Shown here piece by piece: positions 33,120 to 46,387 of a stretch of DNA of 64,000 nt (positions within the stretch are counted from its first letter, which is position 1; every line of letters begins with the position of its first letter). Source of the stretch: Eledone cirrhosa (Eukaryota); assembly GCA_964016885.1 (NCBI GenBank), contig OZ024740.1:124124001-124188000 (forward strand). The letters are read 5' to 3'. The position numbers and the translations under genes were made by a program. Under the pieces are notes generated by a model that ran no database searches, was not told the origin of the DNA, and saw only the letters and a list, made by a program, of their open reading frames with translations.

Positions 33120-34852
33120 CATCATCATCATCATCATCATCATCAACGTTTAACGTCCGTGTTCCACGCTTGCATGGGTTTGGACGGGGGTAGTCCCACT
33201 TGAGGCAAGAGTGATTGTCTTGCTCGCATAGGACTGTCTGGCAGGTTTTCTACAGATGGATGCCCTTCCTAACACCAACCACATTTACAGTGTGGGTCTG
33301 GGAGGTTTTTACCGTGTTGCCTACACGGCCACATTACAGCGTGGACTGTGTGTTTTTTTGTCCTGACACCTACACGATCACATTTGTTTCGGCCTGGATG
33401 GTGTGGCACCAACATAACTTTACATAGGAGGAGGTGGTCTGGATGGGGTGGGGGAGGGTGGGACGGGTGTGTATTTTGTTAGAGATGCCTACTGGCTGTA
33501 GTAGGTTTTACTATGTATTTAGGTAAGGCGGGTCTTCTCTATTACTGAGTACCGCCAAAGGTCTCGGTCCAGTGACATTGTCTTGGAGAGGTGTAAGTGT
33601 GTGAGGTCGGAGTTTATCAGCTCGTCCCAGGATTTTCTAGGTCTGCCTATTCCGTGGCTACCGTCTATCTTTATTGCCCTGCAATTTGTTATACAGCTAT
33701 CGACTTTCATGCGCATCACATGTCCATACCAACGTAGCGTTCTCTCGAGTAAACAACATCTGATCCCTCTTATTTCTAATTTTTTCCTTAGTTCGTTTAT
33801 GCTTTGCCGTTCACGTATATTACTATTACACATCCAGCGGAGCATGCAAGCTTCGTTCCTCTCTAGTCTGCGTATATCCTCTGCACACAATGCCCAGGTC
33901 TCGCTGCCATGCAACATTGCTATTCGTATGCAGGCATCATACAACCTGCCTTTCATTTTTAGGGAGAACCCTTTAGCGGCTAATAGTGGTATAAGCTTTC
34001 TGAACTTTTTCCATCCAGTTCTGACTCTAACTACTGTACTTTCAGAGCACCCTCCCCCACTGCTGATTTTGTCACCCAGGTAACCGAAGCTGTCCACTAT
34101 TTCTATAGAGCCCTCTGCGCAGTTGTAAGAGCTAGTATTTCGTGGGCACTTGCTGCTACTTATTGCACCAGAGCACCGGCCACATGTAAAATCTATGTTC
34201 TTAGTTAGCTTACCTGTGATCCCACTACATCTTTTATGCACCCATACTTTGAATTTGGGACATAAAATGGAGTTTCTACGCCTTTCCTACACACTGAGCA
34301 TGGCCATTTCCCGGAAGGGACCGCCGCCTTATTTTCTTTCCTACATCTAGAACTTTAGTCTTAGCCAGGTTAATTTTAAGGCCTTTTGATTCTAGGCCGT
34401 GCTTCCATGTTTGGAATTTCTTCTCTAGCTCGGCCATTGATTCAGCTATGAGTGTCAGGTTATCTGCGTATAGGAGTTCCCATGGGCAGCCGGTCTTGAA
34501 CTCCTCTGTTATAGCCTGAAGGGCAATAATAAATAGTAGGGGGCTGAGAACAGAGCCCTGATGGACGCCAACTTTTACGCTAAACTCTTCACTATATTCG
34601 TTGTTAATTCTAACCTTGCTGACTGTTTCTTTATACATGGCTTGTATAGCTCTCACAAGCCATTCACCGACACCTAGTTTTCTAAGGCCCCACCAGATAA
34701 TGGAACGCGGGACTCTGTCGAAGGCTTTCTCCAAGTCGACAAAAGCTAAGTAGAGGGGTTTACCTTTAGTTAGGTACTTCTCCTGTAGTTGACGTACAAC
34801 GAAAAGAGCGTATGTGGTACTTTTGCCTGACACAAACCCGAACTGCATTTCA

Positions 34853-34853
<1 letters not shown>
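33120..34853 (-). mobile_element. 5'-truncated RTE LINE
   Basis: MQFGFV, DLEKAFDRV, QGSVLSPLLF, YADN, HKRCSGI; (GAT)n tail at 33120-33144; (TA)n on both sides. Confidence 0.95.
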
Positions 34854-34898
<45 letters not shown>

Positions 34899-35239
34899 CG
34901 TCCCTATTACTATCTTACACTTTGTTTACAGTAACCATACAGCCCATTATGTTTCTTGTAATTTGGTATTTACTGCTGTGATCCTCACTCTACCTGTTTT
35001 GCTCGATTTGTGGTCCCACCATGCTTTCATATCGACTCCCTCCCCTTTTTGATCTCTCTCTCTATCCATCTGTTCCTTTTAGGCCGTATTCTACACATGT
35101 CGTAAAACCCTTTTGGATTATCTCCCTTTCCTTTCTCTCTCTCACTTCCAGTTTCTCCCTCTCTCTCTCTCTATCTCTCTCTCCAATCACTTTGCTGAGA
35201 TCGCACGGAAAAACACTGCTCCCCAGTTATTTGATCAGA

Positions 35240-37850
35240 GATGACCGGTGGTTTACATCGTGATGATATGCTACTTTTAATTGAAAACCATAGTAATTGT
35301 GAAATTAATAGGAAAAGAAAATCCATAATACAATTCTTCAATAATTATAACCCTAATAGAGAATAACTATAAAATCGTTAACTTTTTAGACGCAACATTA
35401 AATCTTTGCACAGGGCTCTACTATCCATTCCATAAAATCAATGCGAATCTAAATTACGTATGTTTTAACTCTAATCGTGCTAGATCTATTAAGAACACTA
35501 GCTTCAATAGCGTCCAGCAACGAATTTCACGCATCTCTGCTAATAAAAATATTTTTGAGGATAAGGCTGAATATTAAAATGAAGCTTTAAATAGAGCAGG
35601 GTACACGAATGAAATTAATTACATTCACAACAATAATAACGCAAATCACCCTACCATTAATTATAATAAGATAAACAATTTAACTTAAACTCTAAAACAA
35701 ACAAAAGAACTAGAACTAGAAATATTATTTGGTACTCACCCCCATTCTCATTAAGCGTTAAAACACCTTTAGCAAAGCTATTCTTTAAAGCACTAGACAA
35801 ATGTTTTCCTAAAACCCACAGATACCACCCAATCTTTAACAGACGTACTATAAAACTATCTTACTCTACTACTATGAACATAGCACAAAATATAAATAGA
35901 ATTAATAATAGAAACTTAAATTTAAACCCTAACCAAAATAACCATAATAGTAATAATAATATTTCTAGCAACAACAACTCCGTAAAATGTAACTGTAGAA
36001 CCAAATGAAACTGCCCTTTACAAAATAAGTGTTTAGATAAAAACATAGTTTATAAATGTACAGTTGAAACTAGTGATATATTCAACTATGTCGGTGCCAC
36101 TTCCACAGAATTTAAATTTCGCTGTAATAACCACAATTGTTCTTTTAGAAGATCTGACAAAAAATATTCTACTACCTTCTCACATCTTATATGGAACTTA
36201 AAAAGCAGGAATATATACTATTCATTATCTTGGAAAAGGATATCATAAGCACCTGCTTACTGAAATACGGCCTTATCAAGATTCTGTAAATTATGTATTG
36301 AAGAAATGTTTTATATAATTAGTTGTAAAAACTCTATTAACCTTAGAACAGAAATATTTAGTTGTTGCAGACATCGCCAAAATTCTACATTCAGAACTAT
36401 ATTTAACTTATAATATACTTATAATATTCCTATTAATCTCCAAAATGATCTTATCTGCTCTAACATTTTATATTTTTAATACTTTTAATATATTAATATC
36501 TCTAAATCCTAATATCTTTAAAATTTCTTATAATATATATATATACGTGTGTATGTATATATATTTATATATATTTATGTACTTCTACATTATGTACTTA
36601 TATATAATTCTAATTTTAATTTTAATTTTAATTCTTTTAAATTCTTTAATTCTTTTTTCTTAATTATTTATTTTTCTAATGACACCCTCTAAAGCTTTAT
36701 TTTTCTAATGACACCCTCTAAAGCTAATTTTTAAATGTAGATTAATAACCATTAACTGTTTTTAGTAAAGTCTATCCTATTCAGGGTGATGTTTAAATAT
36801 TCATATTTCTTTAGAATAAATAATTAATCCCACACTAGCGATTAATAAAAAAAATTGGAATTATCTTTCCTTCTTTCAATCATAAACACTTTTTATACAT
36901 AACTCCGTTAATTTAATCTTATAAATTGTAACTACCTATTTATTTACATAAAATCAACATCCCTAATAACTTATATTAGGAACAAACATCTATTTATTTT
37001 TTTTATTTATAAATCAACATCCCTCGTAACTCATATTATAATCCTTTTAATAAAAAAAACACATATGCTATTATTAAAATATATATATTGATATTTATAT
37101 ATTATTATAATAAGATAAATAATTCTCCATATAAATATAGACAAATGTCTGAATATATTTTCCCTAAATTAACGTTCAAGTGGTCTTCCTTTTCCTTCTT
37201 CTTTAACAATTTTAGTTTGATAATTTATATAGCTTCGTTAAATTAACAATATTCTGAAAACATTCTCAATTTTGAAAACTTTTGAATCCACAAATTATTC
37301 TAATCTCACAATTTGAAAATAAAATTTTCAACATCCTTCGTAACTCATATTTGTTTATATAAACAATCAATGCATACGCAACTTATTAATATATAGAGAG
37401 ATATTTATATACCTATCCTAATGTAATGAGATAAAAATACATACAACCATAATTCTTCATATAATTTTATAACTCATAATATAGGTAACTAAAATCGTTT
37501 CCCCCAAATTAACGTTATTCTTTTCTCTTTCTCTTCCTTATCATAAATATTTAAATGTTCCATAGCGTCTAGAATAACGTTTTTTCAGCCCTTTAATATA
37601 CACTTCATTTGCATACTCATATTAATAATTTTAAATATCTTACTTTTCTCCTCTCTTCCCTTCACCTTTCAGGGATAACTTGAACCGTTAAGGTATATTA
37701 TCCTTGGTCATGTCAAATATTTATAACACATTTTGTATTTTATCTGACGATAGCGTACCAAAATGTTTGGTACCCTTGAAATATATATAATAGAATAAAT
37801 ATGGTTTTATAAATATAATTTCCATTTATTTAATATCATTGAATTATATA
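35240..37850 (+). mobile_element. 5'-truncated Poseidon-type Penelope-like element (RT C-half + GIY-YIG) with long AT-rich 3' region
   Basis: GLHRDDML, VNFLDATLNL, RNIIWYSPPFS, TIKLSYS, CNCR..CPL..C, NIVYKC..YVGATSTEFK, CKLCIEE; stops present; hammerhead near the 3' end. Confidence 0.9.
37736..37797 (+). ncRNA. Type-I hammerhead ribozyme in PLE 3' end
   Basis: tattttat CTGACGA t-ag-c-gtaccaaa-atg-tttggtac-c-ct-t GAAA TATATA TA atagaata. Confidence 0.8.
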
Positions 37851-38617
37851 TATATATAAATTAATTATTAAAGTAAACAAGAATTACAAGAATTTTAGTG
37901 AAATCATTAATATTCAACTTAATAGTAAAAGACAAATATCTAACTATTGAATTTTAATATAATCTAGTATGTAGTAATGGGATTTCAGTCCAAGATTTGG
38001 ATTTAAATTTGAACATTTCAGTAGAGGGGTTTCAGGTGACTTAGTGTTTATAAGGAAAGTGTGCGAGATTAATTTTACGATATTTTTCTGGAGTTGCTAG
38101 GCAACAAAGAAATACAAATGGTAGCTTTGTAATATATCAAGCAGAATTAGATTTGTATAGATAAAAACTAATAATCATTGCTCTAAACATACAAAGCAGG
38201 AATATAGAAAGAGGAGAAAAAATAGTAACAAGTAAGAAAATCAAAATGGTGCAATAGACAAACATCATAACAAATAGAAAGCTAAGAAGCACAAGAGAAA
38301 TAAATATATGTCAAATTGATCGTCCACAAGTTATGTATGAAGATATATTTATATATATATATAGAGAGAGAAGGAGGTTTTGAGGTGGGGAGAGAGAGAA
38401 AGGGTTTGTGAGTATGTGTGGTAGACTTCCATTGTTTATCACGATGAGTGTTCTTGTTGTTTGAATATTGTTGCATGTACAGACTGCTCATGAATTTATC
38501 TGGCAAGTGGCTGAGCATTCCACAAATATGTCTACTACTTTCAGTGCCTAAAGAATTTCTGCATGACACTGGGTGGCAAGGCTGGTCATTTGAATTACAT
38601 ATACAACGGCAAAAAAG

Positions 38618-38802
38618 TACCCAGCCCACACTGTAAAGTGGTCGTGGAGGTGCCACGGCAAAAGAAAAGCCCCAACACTCACTGTAAATGAGGTTGGTGT
38701 TAGGAAGGGCATCCAGCTGTAGAAATCAAGCCAGAATCAGTTCCCGTCCTACACTTGCAAGCAGCGAAAAGGGGACGTAAAATGATGATGATGATGATGA
38801 TT
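38618..38802 (+). mobile_element. Short element sharing the RTE 3' UTR with (GAT)n tail
   Basis: Matches 29590-29750; related copies at 41585-41895, 52828-53000 (minus) and 60540-60957. Confidence 0.75.
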
Positions 38803-39499
38803 ATACCCTAATTTGAGATGAGTATACAAGAATTTGACAACAGATCAACTGAATCTAGATTGATGTAGTGTTAAAAATCAATAATATAGTTTATGATAGA
38901 AACTCTCTTCACTATTACATAATCCCAGGTTAGTTCCTACTTCATGGTACTTTGTGTAAGTGTTCATTATCAAATTAACCTAACTCATGTAAAGGAAATT
39001 GTGTGGACAGACACTTAGAAGTCCATCAAATGCATTGTTTGCAGCTGAGTGAATTGGAGACATGTGAAATAAATTGTCTTGCTCAAAGACACACTATGAT
39101 TCCTCATATGGGAATTGAATGACCAGCAACCTGACCAGTAAGCCACATTCCATCACCCACTTACACTATACAATGTGTAGATTGTCAGGGAGTATAGTAA
39201 TCAGGCTTCCAATTTATTAAAATTGTTAGAGCATTGAATATTTGTTGTAATTCTCTGTTCTCTGAGTTCAAATCCCACTGAGGTATATATCACCATTCAC
39301 CCTTTTGGGGTTGATACTAAAATGTAGCAGCCCAGTGCTAGTGCAGCCCTCTCTCCTTCCAGTTGCCACATCCTAGATATTCTACTGGATCAAAAATGAT
39401 GCTCAAGAGAGTGTCTATGTCAGAATATGACTGCACTGACATTTAGAATTCCTAGTGAAAACATGATACATACTAATAAGTCATACTCGATTACGAGTT

Positions 39500-39710
39500 A
39501 CAAACATAATGGTTTCTGATTTAGGCAAAAGGCCAACAATTTGGGTGAAGGGAAAGTTTATTAAATTGACTCCAATGTGTTAATGGTGATTTATTTTATT
39601 GACCAGCAAGGATAAAAGGCAAAGCTAACCTTGGCGGGATTTGAACTCAGAACGTAAAGGGCCATAACTTTATGTTGTGAAGCATGGCGTCACATTCCAA
39701 TCTGCCACCC
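39500..39710 (-). mobile_element. tRNA-derived SINE (Meta-like family)
   Basis: AAGGATAAAAGGCAAAGCTAACCTTGGCGGGATTTGAACTCAG. Confidence 0.75.
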
Positions 39711-39939
39711 TAATAGTAGGTAGTCAAATATTCTATGCCAGTTCATGAACCTACAAACCATAACACATTCATTTACATCTTCCAAAGGGTATAAGTATGC
39801 AAATGTTAAATTCCCATAAATGTATTTCATTAAATTCCCATAAATGCATATCATTTTAATTAATGCTAGATATAAGGCATAGTCCATGCTAAGAAAAGAA
39901 AATGAAAGTGTAAAATAAGGTGCGTATTTGAGAAATATA

Positions 39940-41260
39940 AGAACTAATAAGTGGGATTGTATACTCTATTGAAGAAAGAATAGGAGAGATGACGAGGACA
40001 ACTTATTACTAATTTGTTTCTTATATTCATGGAGTTAGGGGTCAACATTGTGATATAGTATGCCTCCAAAAGACATAAATGACAACTTATTTTATTTCCA
40101 TTGTAAAGGGTAGATCTATTAACAATTTTCCAATGCATTTTATGGGTAGCTTTAGTCTCAACCAGGTTAGATATATAACGTGCTATGGAAGTAGGGGGCT
40201 TCAGCTTATTTTAAAACAAATTTAAGTGGGAATTATAGCAGCTCTTAAATGGATAAATATTGCCCCGACATATGAACTACTGGAGTACTGGGTCTTTACA
40301 GTACATTTATAAACTACATTGCTAGCAATCAACTGGAGGGTTTAAGGTGTTTACCCTAGTAGCCTTAGCGTGTTCAGTGTGCTTACATTCGAAGTATTAG
40401 ATATGTTATTTGTGTTCGTATTAGGTGGATTGCGTTATAATCAATTTCTTGTTAGTAGATGATTTATGCTTGTGGAGTTTCTGGTGGTTGCTGGATGCAA
40501 TATAATCTGCTAAATTAAGAGGGAGGTAGAAAAAAATAACTTAACTGTATGTTCATTGATTAATTTATGGTATTTTTGGTCAGGTGTTTAATTTCTTTCT
40601 AGAATATTAAAGAATATTTTAAGTATGTTAGAGGCTATATTTAGGATATATGGTTTGCGTGTGTAAGTTGTTTTCATTTTTTTCTGGGGGTGGGGTATAA
40701 CACATTTCTTATTCTGGGGATTTTGTGTTTGGTGGCTGCTTGTTATTATGTAAGGTCGCTCCTATCCATATTGCGATTATGTGGTGTTACTGGATATTTT
40801 AGGATTATTAGTTATATTTATGTGAAACTTAGTGTTAGGTTTGGGAAGCAAATTAACATGTTTATTTCTGTTGTTTATGGAGTATATATAAGGTTTTTAA
40901 AAAAATATTATTAGATATAGGTGCGTGGTCTTTTACTGAGTTAATGAAATTAGCAGACTTGCAGCTTTTCCTATTTATACCTGTATATTTCATATACTTG
41001 TTATAATTAATATTAAGTTTATTAATTTGTGTGACATTATTCATATTATTATGGAATTGTGCACACTCACTATCTGGGATATATTTAATCTTCCTTCTAT
41101 ATCCTGATGGAGACAGCGGATCATTATAATACCAGGGTGTAGAGCTAAATATGTCTTCATTCACTGATAGTTTCAAGATTCTATGTGATATGCTTTAACT
41201 ATTAAACTAATAATAGACCTTAGATGGTATGTGAATCTATTTACTTAAGGTAAGAGTTCA
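39940..41260 (-). pseudogene. Decayed Poseidon-type PLE (RT thumb to GIY-YIG end)
   Basis: LSVNEDIF...YYNDPL..SGY..KIKY; VVYKCTV..YVGA; WKIVNRSTLYNGNKISCHLCLLE, paralleling 35500-36400. Confidence 0.75.
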
Positions 41261-41299
41261 CCTGTATTTATAGATACCCATAATCATCTATATATATAA

Positions 41300-41420
41300 G
41301 GCATGTGGCTGAGTGGTTAGAGAATTGTATTCTTAATCGGGAGGATGTGAGTTCGATTCCCCAACTGAGCGATGCGTTATGTCCTTGAGCAAAGCACTTT
41401 ATTTCACATTGCTCAGTATT
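41300..41420 (+). mobile_element. Second tRNA-derived SINE family
   Basis: TGGCTGAGTGGTTAG box A, GAGTTCGATTCC box B, GTCCTTGAGCAAAGCACTT core; minus-strand relatives at ~39040-39150 and ~53030-53180. Confidence 0.7.
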
Positions 41421-41693
41421 AGCAATTGGAAAAACCAATGGAAGCATAGTTTCCTCGGTCCGATATGACAAAAGTCGATCGTTCCTTTATATATATATAT
41501 ATATATATACATACATATATATATAACAATAATAATAAAAATAACATATGTGTATTTATGTCTAGGTATATGTTATATATGTATAAGCCAGAATCAGTTC
41601 CCGTATGAGCAAGACAAGGTCAGCCGACTGGACACTTCCCACAACATGACACCCGTCTAACCCATTCTAGTGTGGAAGAACGGACATAAAACG

Positions 41694-41736
<43 letters not shown>

Positions 41737-42465
41737 CACTGCAAAGTGGTCGTGGAGGTGCCACGGCAAAAAAGCACTCAGCACTCACTGTAAATGAGGT
41801 TGGTGTTAGGAAGGTCAGCCAGCTGTAGAAATCAAGCCAGAATCAGTTCCCGCCCCATCCTTGCAAGCAGGGAAAAAGCGGACATAAAATGAAATTATGA
41901 AAAATGATGATTTATATATATATAGGCAAAGTAAAAAATGAAAACAATAACAAGGAGTGCAGTTACAAACAGTGTTAGTATTTGGTTCACGCTTGAGAGT
42001 GGGGGGGAGGGGGCGACGACGTTTTGGTATAGGCCCTTCAGCAGGAGAAAGGTGGGAAGGAAAAGCGTTCCGAGAAGGTGACGGGGGAGTGGTGGAAATA
42101 CATTAAAAATGGGGAAAAAATTAAAATGAAGGAAAAAAATTAAAATGAAAACAAGTGGTGAAAGGGTGTGAGGCGTGTAGAGGTGGTGGTGGGTGGATGG
42201 AGGGGGTGATAGGGCAGAAGGAAATTGGGGGCCCAAGCGGGAAGGGTGGAAGGTGGTGTGTGTGTACGTATGTGTGTGTGTGCGTGTGTGCATGCTTGGA
42301 TGTTAGTGTGAGAGGTTGTGGGAGAACAGGGTTCCCTCGGGTATTAGGAAAACCAGTGTGTACATGGGGGGGGGGTCTAAGTCTCTGTGTGTGCGCGTGT
42401 GGATGGAGAGGGGTTGGAAGGAGTGGGGGAAAGGGAGCATGCACAGTCCGGAGGCAGAGTAGATG

Positions 42466-44436
42466 TATAGCGAGGATACTGGGTTGTATGAATGTAACAA
42501 GGAGACGTGGTTTGTGTGTATAATATTTATTCAACAATTTAACAGTATAGTTGACATGTCAATGAATAAACGAAAGAATGAAGCAAAGTTAGTAGTTACC
42601 GTTTTGATTGCCAGGCAAGCGCGAGACGCCTGGCGAAGGCCAGGCGACAGAAGGGCAAATGAGAAGCAGAGAACTTAAAGTTGTTAGTTTTATAGGGTTC
42701 TGACCGGAAGTTACAGAAAGGGTTCTACTTCCCGTCTAGATGTTGTTAATCTATTGGGGTTGTGAGTCACAACAAGGGAGGCCACTGCTACATAACCTCC
42801 CGCCAGAATTTTAGAATATAAAAATCGAATGAAATATGTAGCAAGTTGGCGAGAATGTTGTAACAGGCATGACAATTACGACAAAAGAATGTTTGCAAAA
42901 ATCAATGATAGATGTCAAGGTAGCCAACCGCTCTTGGCCAGAGAACGACTGGACCTCTATCTATCCATCATCCAAAGATACAATGTAATAAAGTAAGAGA
43001 AGAGCTCAAAGTTCAAATGTACAAAATATAGTTCACAGGTGTGCAATCACATGACAGCAGGAGAGAAAGTGTGTTCCAGAGAATGAATGCAGGTGGTTTC
43101 TGTTCTGTGGTATATCGTGAAATTTCCAACCTCCGAATGGATTTTCTCACAGGAAGAGTGCTGCAAAAATAAATTCTCTGGCTTGTTCTGCTGGTTTTGG
43201 TTGTTGGTGAAGCTGTGTTGCTGTTGTTGTCTCGCGGAGTGAGCGTATTCGGTGTTTAAATTCACAGTAAAAAAAATGTTTTCAGAAAAAATGAGTTGCG
43301 CAAAGTGATAGAAATAACAGCCGAAGTTGATGGTCGATGTTGAGAATGCGTTGACCTGGAAGGGTCAAGAGGCCAGGGACCAAAGAAAAAAAGGATTCTG
43401 AATAAATGCGCAGTTTTCAACGGCAAATTTACGTGGTAAATTTTTAAACCGGCAAATAGGAGAATATAGCTTAAGGCTGAAGAATCCTTGGCGAGAAACG
43501 TTATCTCTGGCGTGCGGCTATCTCTGTGAGTCGAGATATCTCTGTGAGTCGAGAATTTGTGCTGCCTACACGTGCCAATACAAGGTTAAGTTAGGTTGAA
43601 AAAATAATATTTCTAACGCGCGAGAAAATGATAGTGCAAGTGTGAAAGTGACAATGATGAAAAAGAAAGGCTTCACTTAGCATAATTATTGGTGTGAACT
43701 TTGGAAAAAAAAAAACTTGAACGATGAAGAAAACGATGAAAAAAGGCAATGGTTCATGGAAAATAAATGTTCCTGTTGAAATGTTTTTTAAAAAATATCA
43801 AATTTCTTTTTTTTTTTTTTTTTTTTTTTGAAAGTGTTCGTTGTAGGAAACGAGAAACATATATATCGTGAAATGCGACAGTTAGTTGATGCGTGAGAGA
43901 AAAAGTCTGTCTGAACGCGAATTTCACATGTGCGTGTGTGCGTTTCTTTGAGTATTTTCATAGTTTGTCAATAAATTTGTTGTGTATTCGTAATGTTACT
44001 CACACAACACCAGATTCTGCTATTTTTTTTTTTTTTCGGGGTGACCACTTATAACAATGAACGGCTGCGTGTTCTTATCACGTCAGGGTTACCAATATAG
44101 CGAAGAACTAGCGGTGTATGAATGTAACAAGGAGACATGGTTTGTGTGTATAATATTTAATTAACAACCATGGATATATATAGAACAGTATAGTTGACAT
44201 GTCAAAGTAATAGATGATAGAATGAAGCAAAGTTAGTAGTTACCGTTTTGATTGCCAGGCAAACGCGAGACGCCTGGCGAAGGCCAGGCGCCGGAAGGGC
44301 AAATGAGAGGCAGAGAACTTAAAGTTGTTAGTTTTATAGGGTTCTGACCGGAAGTTACAGAAAGGGTTCTACTTCTCGTCTAGATGTTGTTAATCTATTG
44401 GGGTTGTGAGTCACAACAAGGGAGGCCACTGCTACA
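42466..44436 (-). mobile_element. Non-autonomous non-coding LTR retrotransposon (TRIM/LARD-like)
   Basis: Direct repeats 42466-42792 and 44096-44436 (minus TGTAGC...GCTATA); GATG target-site duplication at 42462-65 and 44437-40; PBS TGGTAACCCTGACGTGAT; PPT GGCGGGAGG before the 3' LTR; no recognisable ORF. Confidence 0.9.
44063..44094 (-). other. Extended primer-binding site complementary to the 3' 32 nt of tRNA-Trp
   Basis: Plus strand GGCTGCGTGTTCTTATCACGTCAGGGTTACCA versus recalled metazoan tRNA-Trp 3' end GGYTGCGTGTTCRAATCACGTCGGGGTCACCA. Confidence 0.8.
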
Positions 44437-45953
44437 GATGTATGTGATGATACGCACGTGTGTGTGTGTTTTTGTGTGATGTGGATATGTGGGAATGTAT
44501 GGTTGCGTGTGTGCGAAAATTGTATAAGTGTTTGTGTTCCTGAATGTCTTTCCGGTGAGTGTGTGGTCGAATGGTGAAAATCCGGGTATTATCGAGTAGA
44601 TGTCCAGAGTGTACCCAGCGGTGTAGGTTCCATGGAATTGGTGAGGAGGAAGTAGAAAGTGAAGGCAGCGGGTGGAGAAGGCAGGGCGAAGGATGTGAGT
44701 GAGAGAGGAGATAGCAGTGAAGAGGGTAAGGAACAGTCAGGCAAGTCGTAGTTGGCACGTGTGGCCTGTATGTGTGTGTGGGATATGTGTGTGGAGGTGC
44801 GGTGGACAGGAGAGGAGGAGCGTCAGTGTGAAAAGTTGAGGGAGAGGGTGGTGGTGTGTGTAGGGGATTCTGTGTATATTAGGGTGGGGTGTTAGAAGGA
44901 TGTGTGTGTGCTGGGGTGTGGGTAGTCCGGGGCGAGAGAGAAGGTGCTGGGTACTGTATGAGTGAGTGTAATATACTGGTGTGTGTGTGTGTGTGCATGC
45001 TTGGGTGTCAGTGCGCGTGTGTGTGTGGTAAGGTGGGTTCTAGTATTATTAGTGGTGGGGTCGAATAGGGGTGTGTGGGTGGTGGTTAGTGGTGATAGTG
45101 TGGGTGTGAAGTAGTTTGTGTGTCGGTGTGTACATAGGTCTGGGAGAGTGTATATAATCTAGTGTGTGTGCGTTGTGTGGGGAAGGTGGGGAGGTGTTTA
45201 GTATTTTTAGTGTGTGGGTGGGAGTTAGTGGTGGTAGTAGGGTGTGTGAATAGTGTGGGTGAGAGTATATATATATATACTGGCGTGTGAGCGTGTTGAG
45301 GGTGTGAGTGCGTGTGTGATAGGGGGAGGAGTGTGGGTTGTTAGCATTATTAGTGGTGGGATGAACCAAGGTGTGGGGGTGCCTGGAAGTTGAGGAGACT
45401 GTTAATCTTGGGAATGTTTTAGTGGTGTTAGTAGGGAATGTATGAAGGGGAGGGGAAGGGAACGGTTGAAGGCTACAGGATGAGGGATGGGGAGTTCAGG
45501 CCGGGTGTGTGTGTGTCTACAGGGTGAAGATGATGTATTTTTCTGCGCTAAGTCGGGTTTGGGGGCTCCCATGGCATTCAATCAGGCTCCAGACGGTGAG
45601 GTTGCTGGCGGAGTGTCCAGCTGAAATAAAGTAGCAGGCGATGGGAGATCCCAGCCGAGACGAACATCTCGGAGGTGCTCCGTGAACCCATCCGCCAGGC
45701 GACGTCCAGTCTGTCCGACATAGGTCGCACTGCACTCCGTGTAACGACGTCCATAGATGAGGAGGGAGGAGGTGCAGTGGAAGGCATACCGGACAGTGAG
45801 AGAGAGGCCTTTGGGACCCTGGAAGGTGGTGGTTTTGGTAATGTGGGGGCAGGTGTGGCTGCGGGTTCTGGAGCAAGGAAGAGAACTGGGGGGAGGAACG
45901 TGGTTTGGGGTTAGGGAGCTCTGGACGAGGATATATATATATATTTGCATATA

Positions 45954-46008
<55 letters not shown>

Positions 46009-46084
46009 CGAAGGAAATGTGGTAAGGAACCAGGTGGACCATAACGCACCAAAGTACTCAATACTTAGGGTAGTAGAGTGGGTA

Positions 46085-46195
46085 ATAGGAACGAGTAGGA
46101 CCCCGACGGCTGAGCTCGAGCCGTTTCGACGGCTAATTCTGGACTGAATTAGCCGTCGGAACGGCTTGAGCTCAGCCGTCGGAGTCCTACTCGTT

Positions 46196-46200
<5 letters not shown>
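46085..46200. repeat. 116-bp GC-rich hairpin insertion containing hammerhead 3' halves
   Basis: 55-bp arms, 6-nt loop; the left arm (minus) reads GAAA CGGCT-cgagctc-AGCCG TC; left extension 46008-46084; (TA)n flanks. Confidence 0.85.
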
Positions 46201-46266
<66 letters not shown>

Positions 46267-46351
46267 AAAAGGTAAACAGAAATAACAACCCAATCGGTAC
46301 AGTATATGGAAGATATATATTAGGTTAACGCTTGATATAGAAGGGAGAGGG

Positions 46352-46387
46352 TCTTAACGTTTCGGACGGTAGTTCTTCATCAGAAGA
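46352..46387 (-). ncRNA. Minimal hammerhead motif
   Basis: tctt CTGATGA a gaac-tacc-gtcc GAAA CG TT aaga. Confidence 0.62.

Larger units (their letters stand above)
41915..45930 (-). mobile_element. 5'-truncated Neptune-type PLE (GIY-YIG end + CA-rich 3' region), interrupted by an LTR element
   Basis: 45520-45900 encodes PC.R.R..TCP, F.CTSS.LIY...C.ATYVGQTGRRL..F.EHLRD, E..IIFTL; GT-rich tracts on both sides of 42466-44436; degenerate hammerhead (CTGCTGA AGGG..CC AAAA CGTC) at ~42014-42046. Confidence 0.75.
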
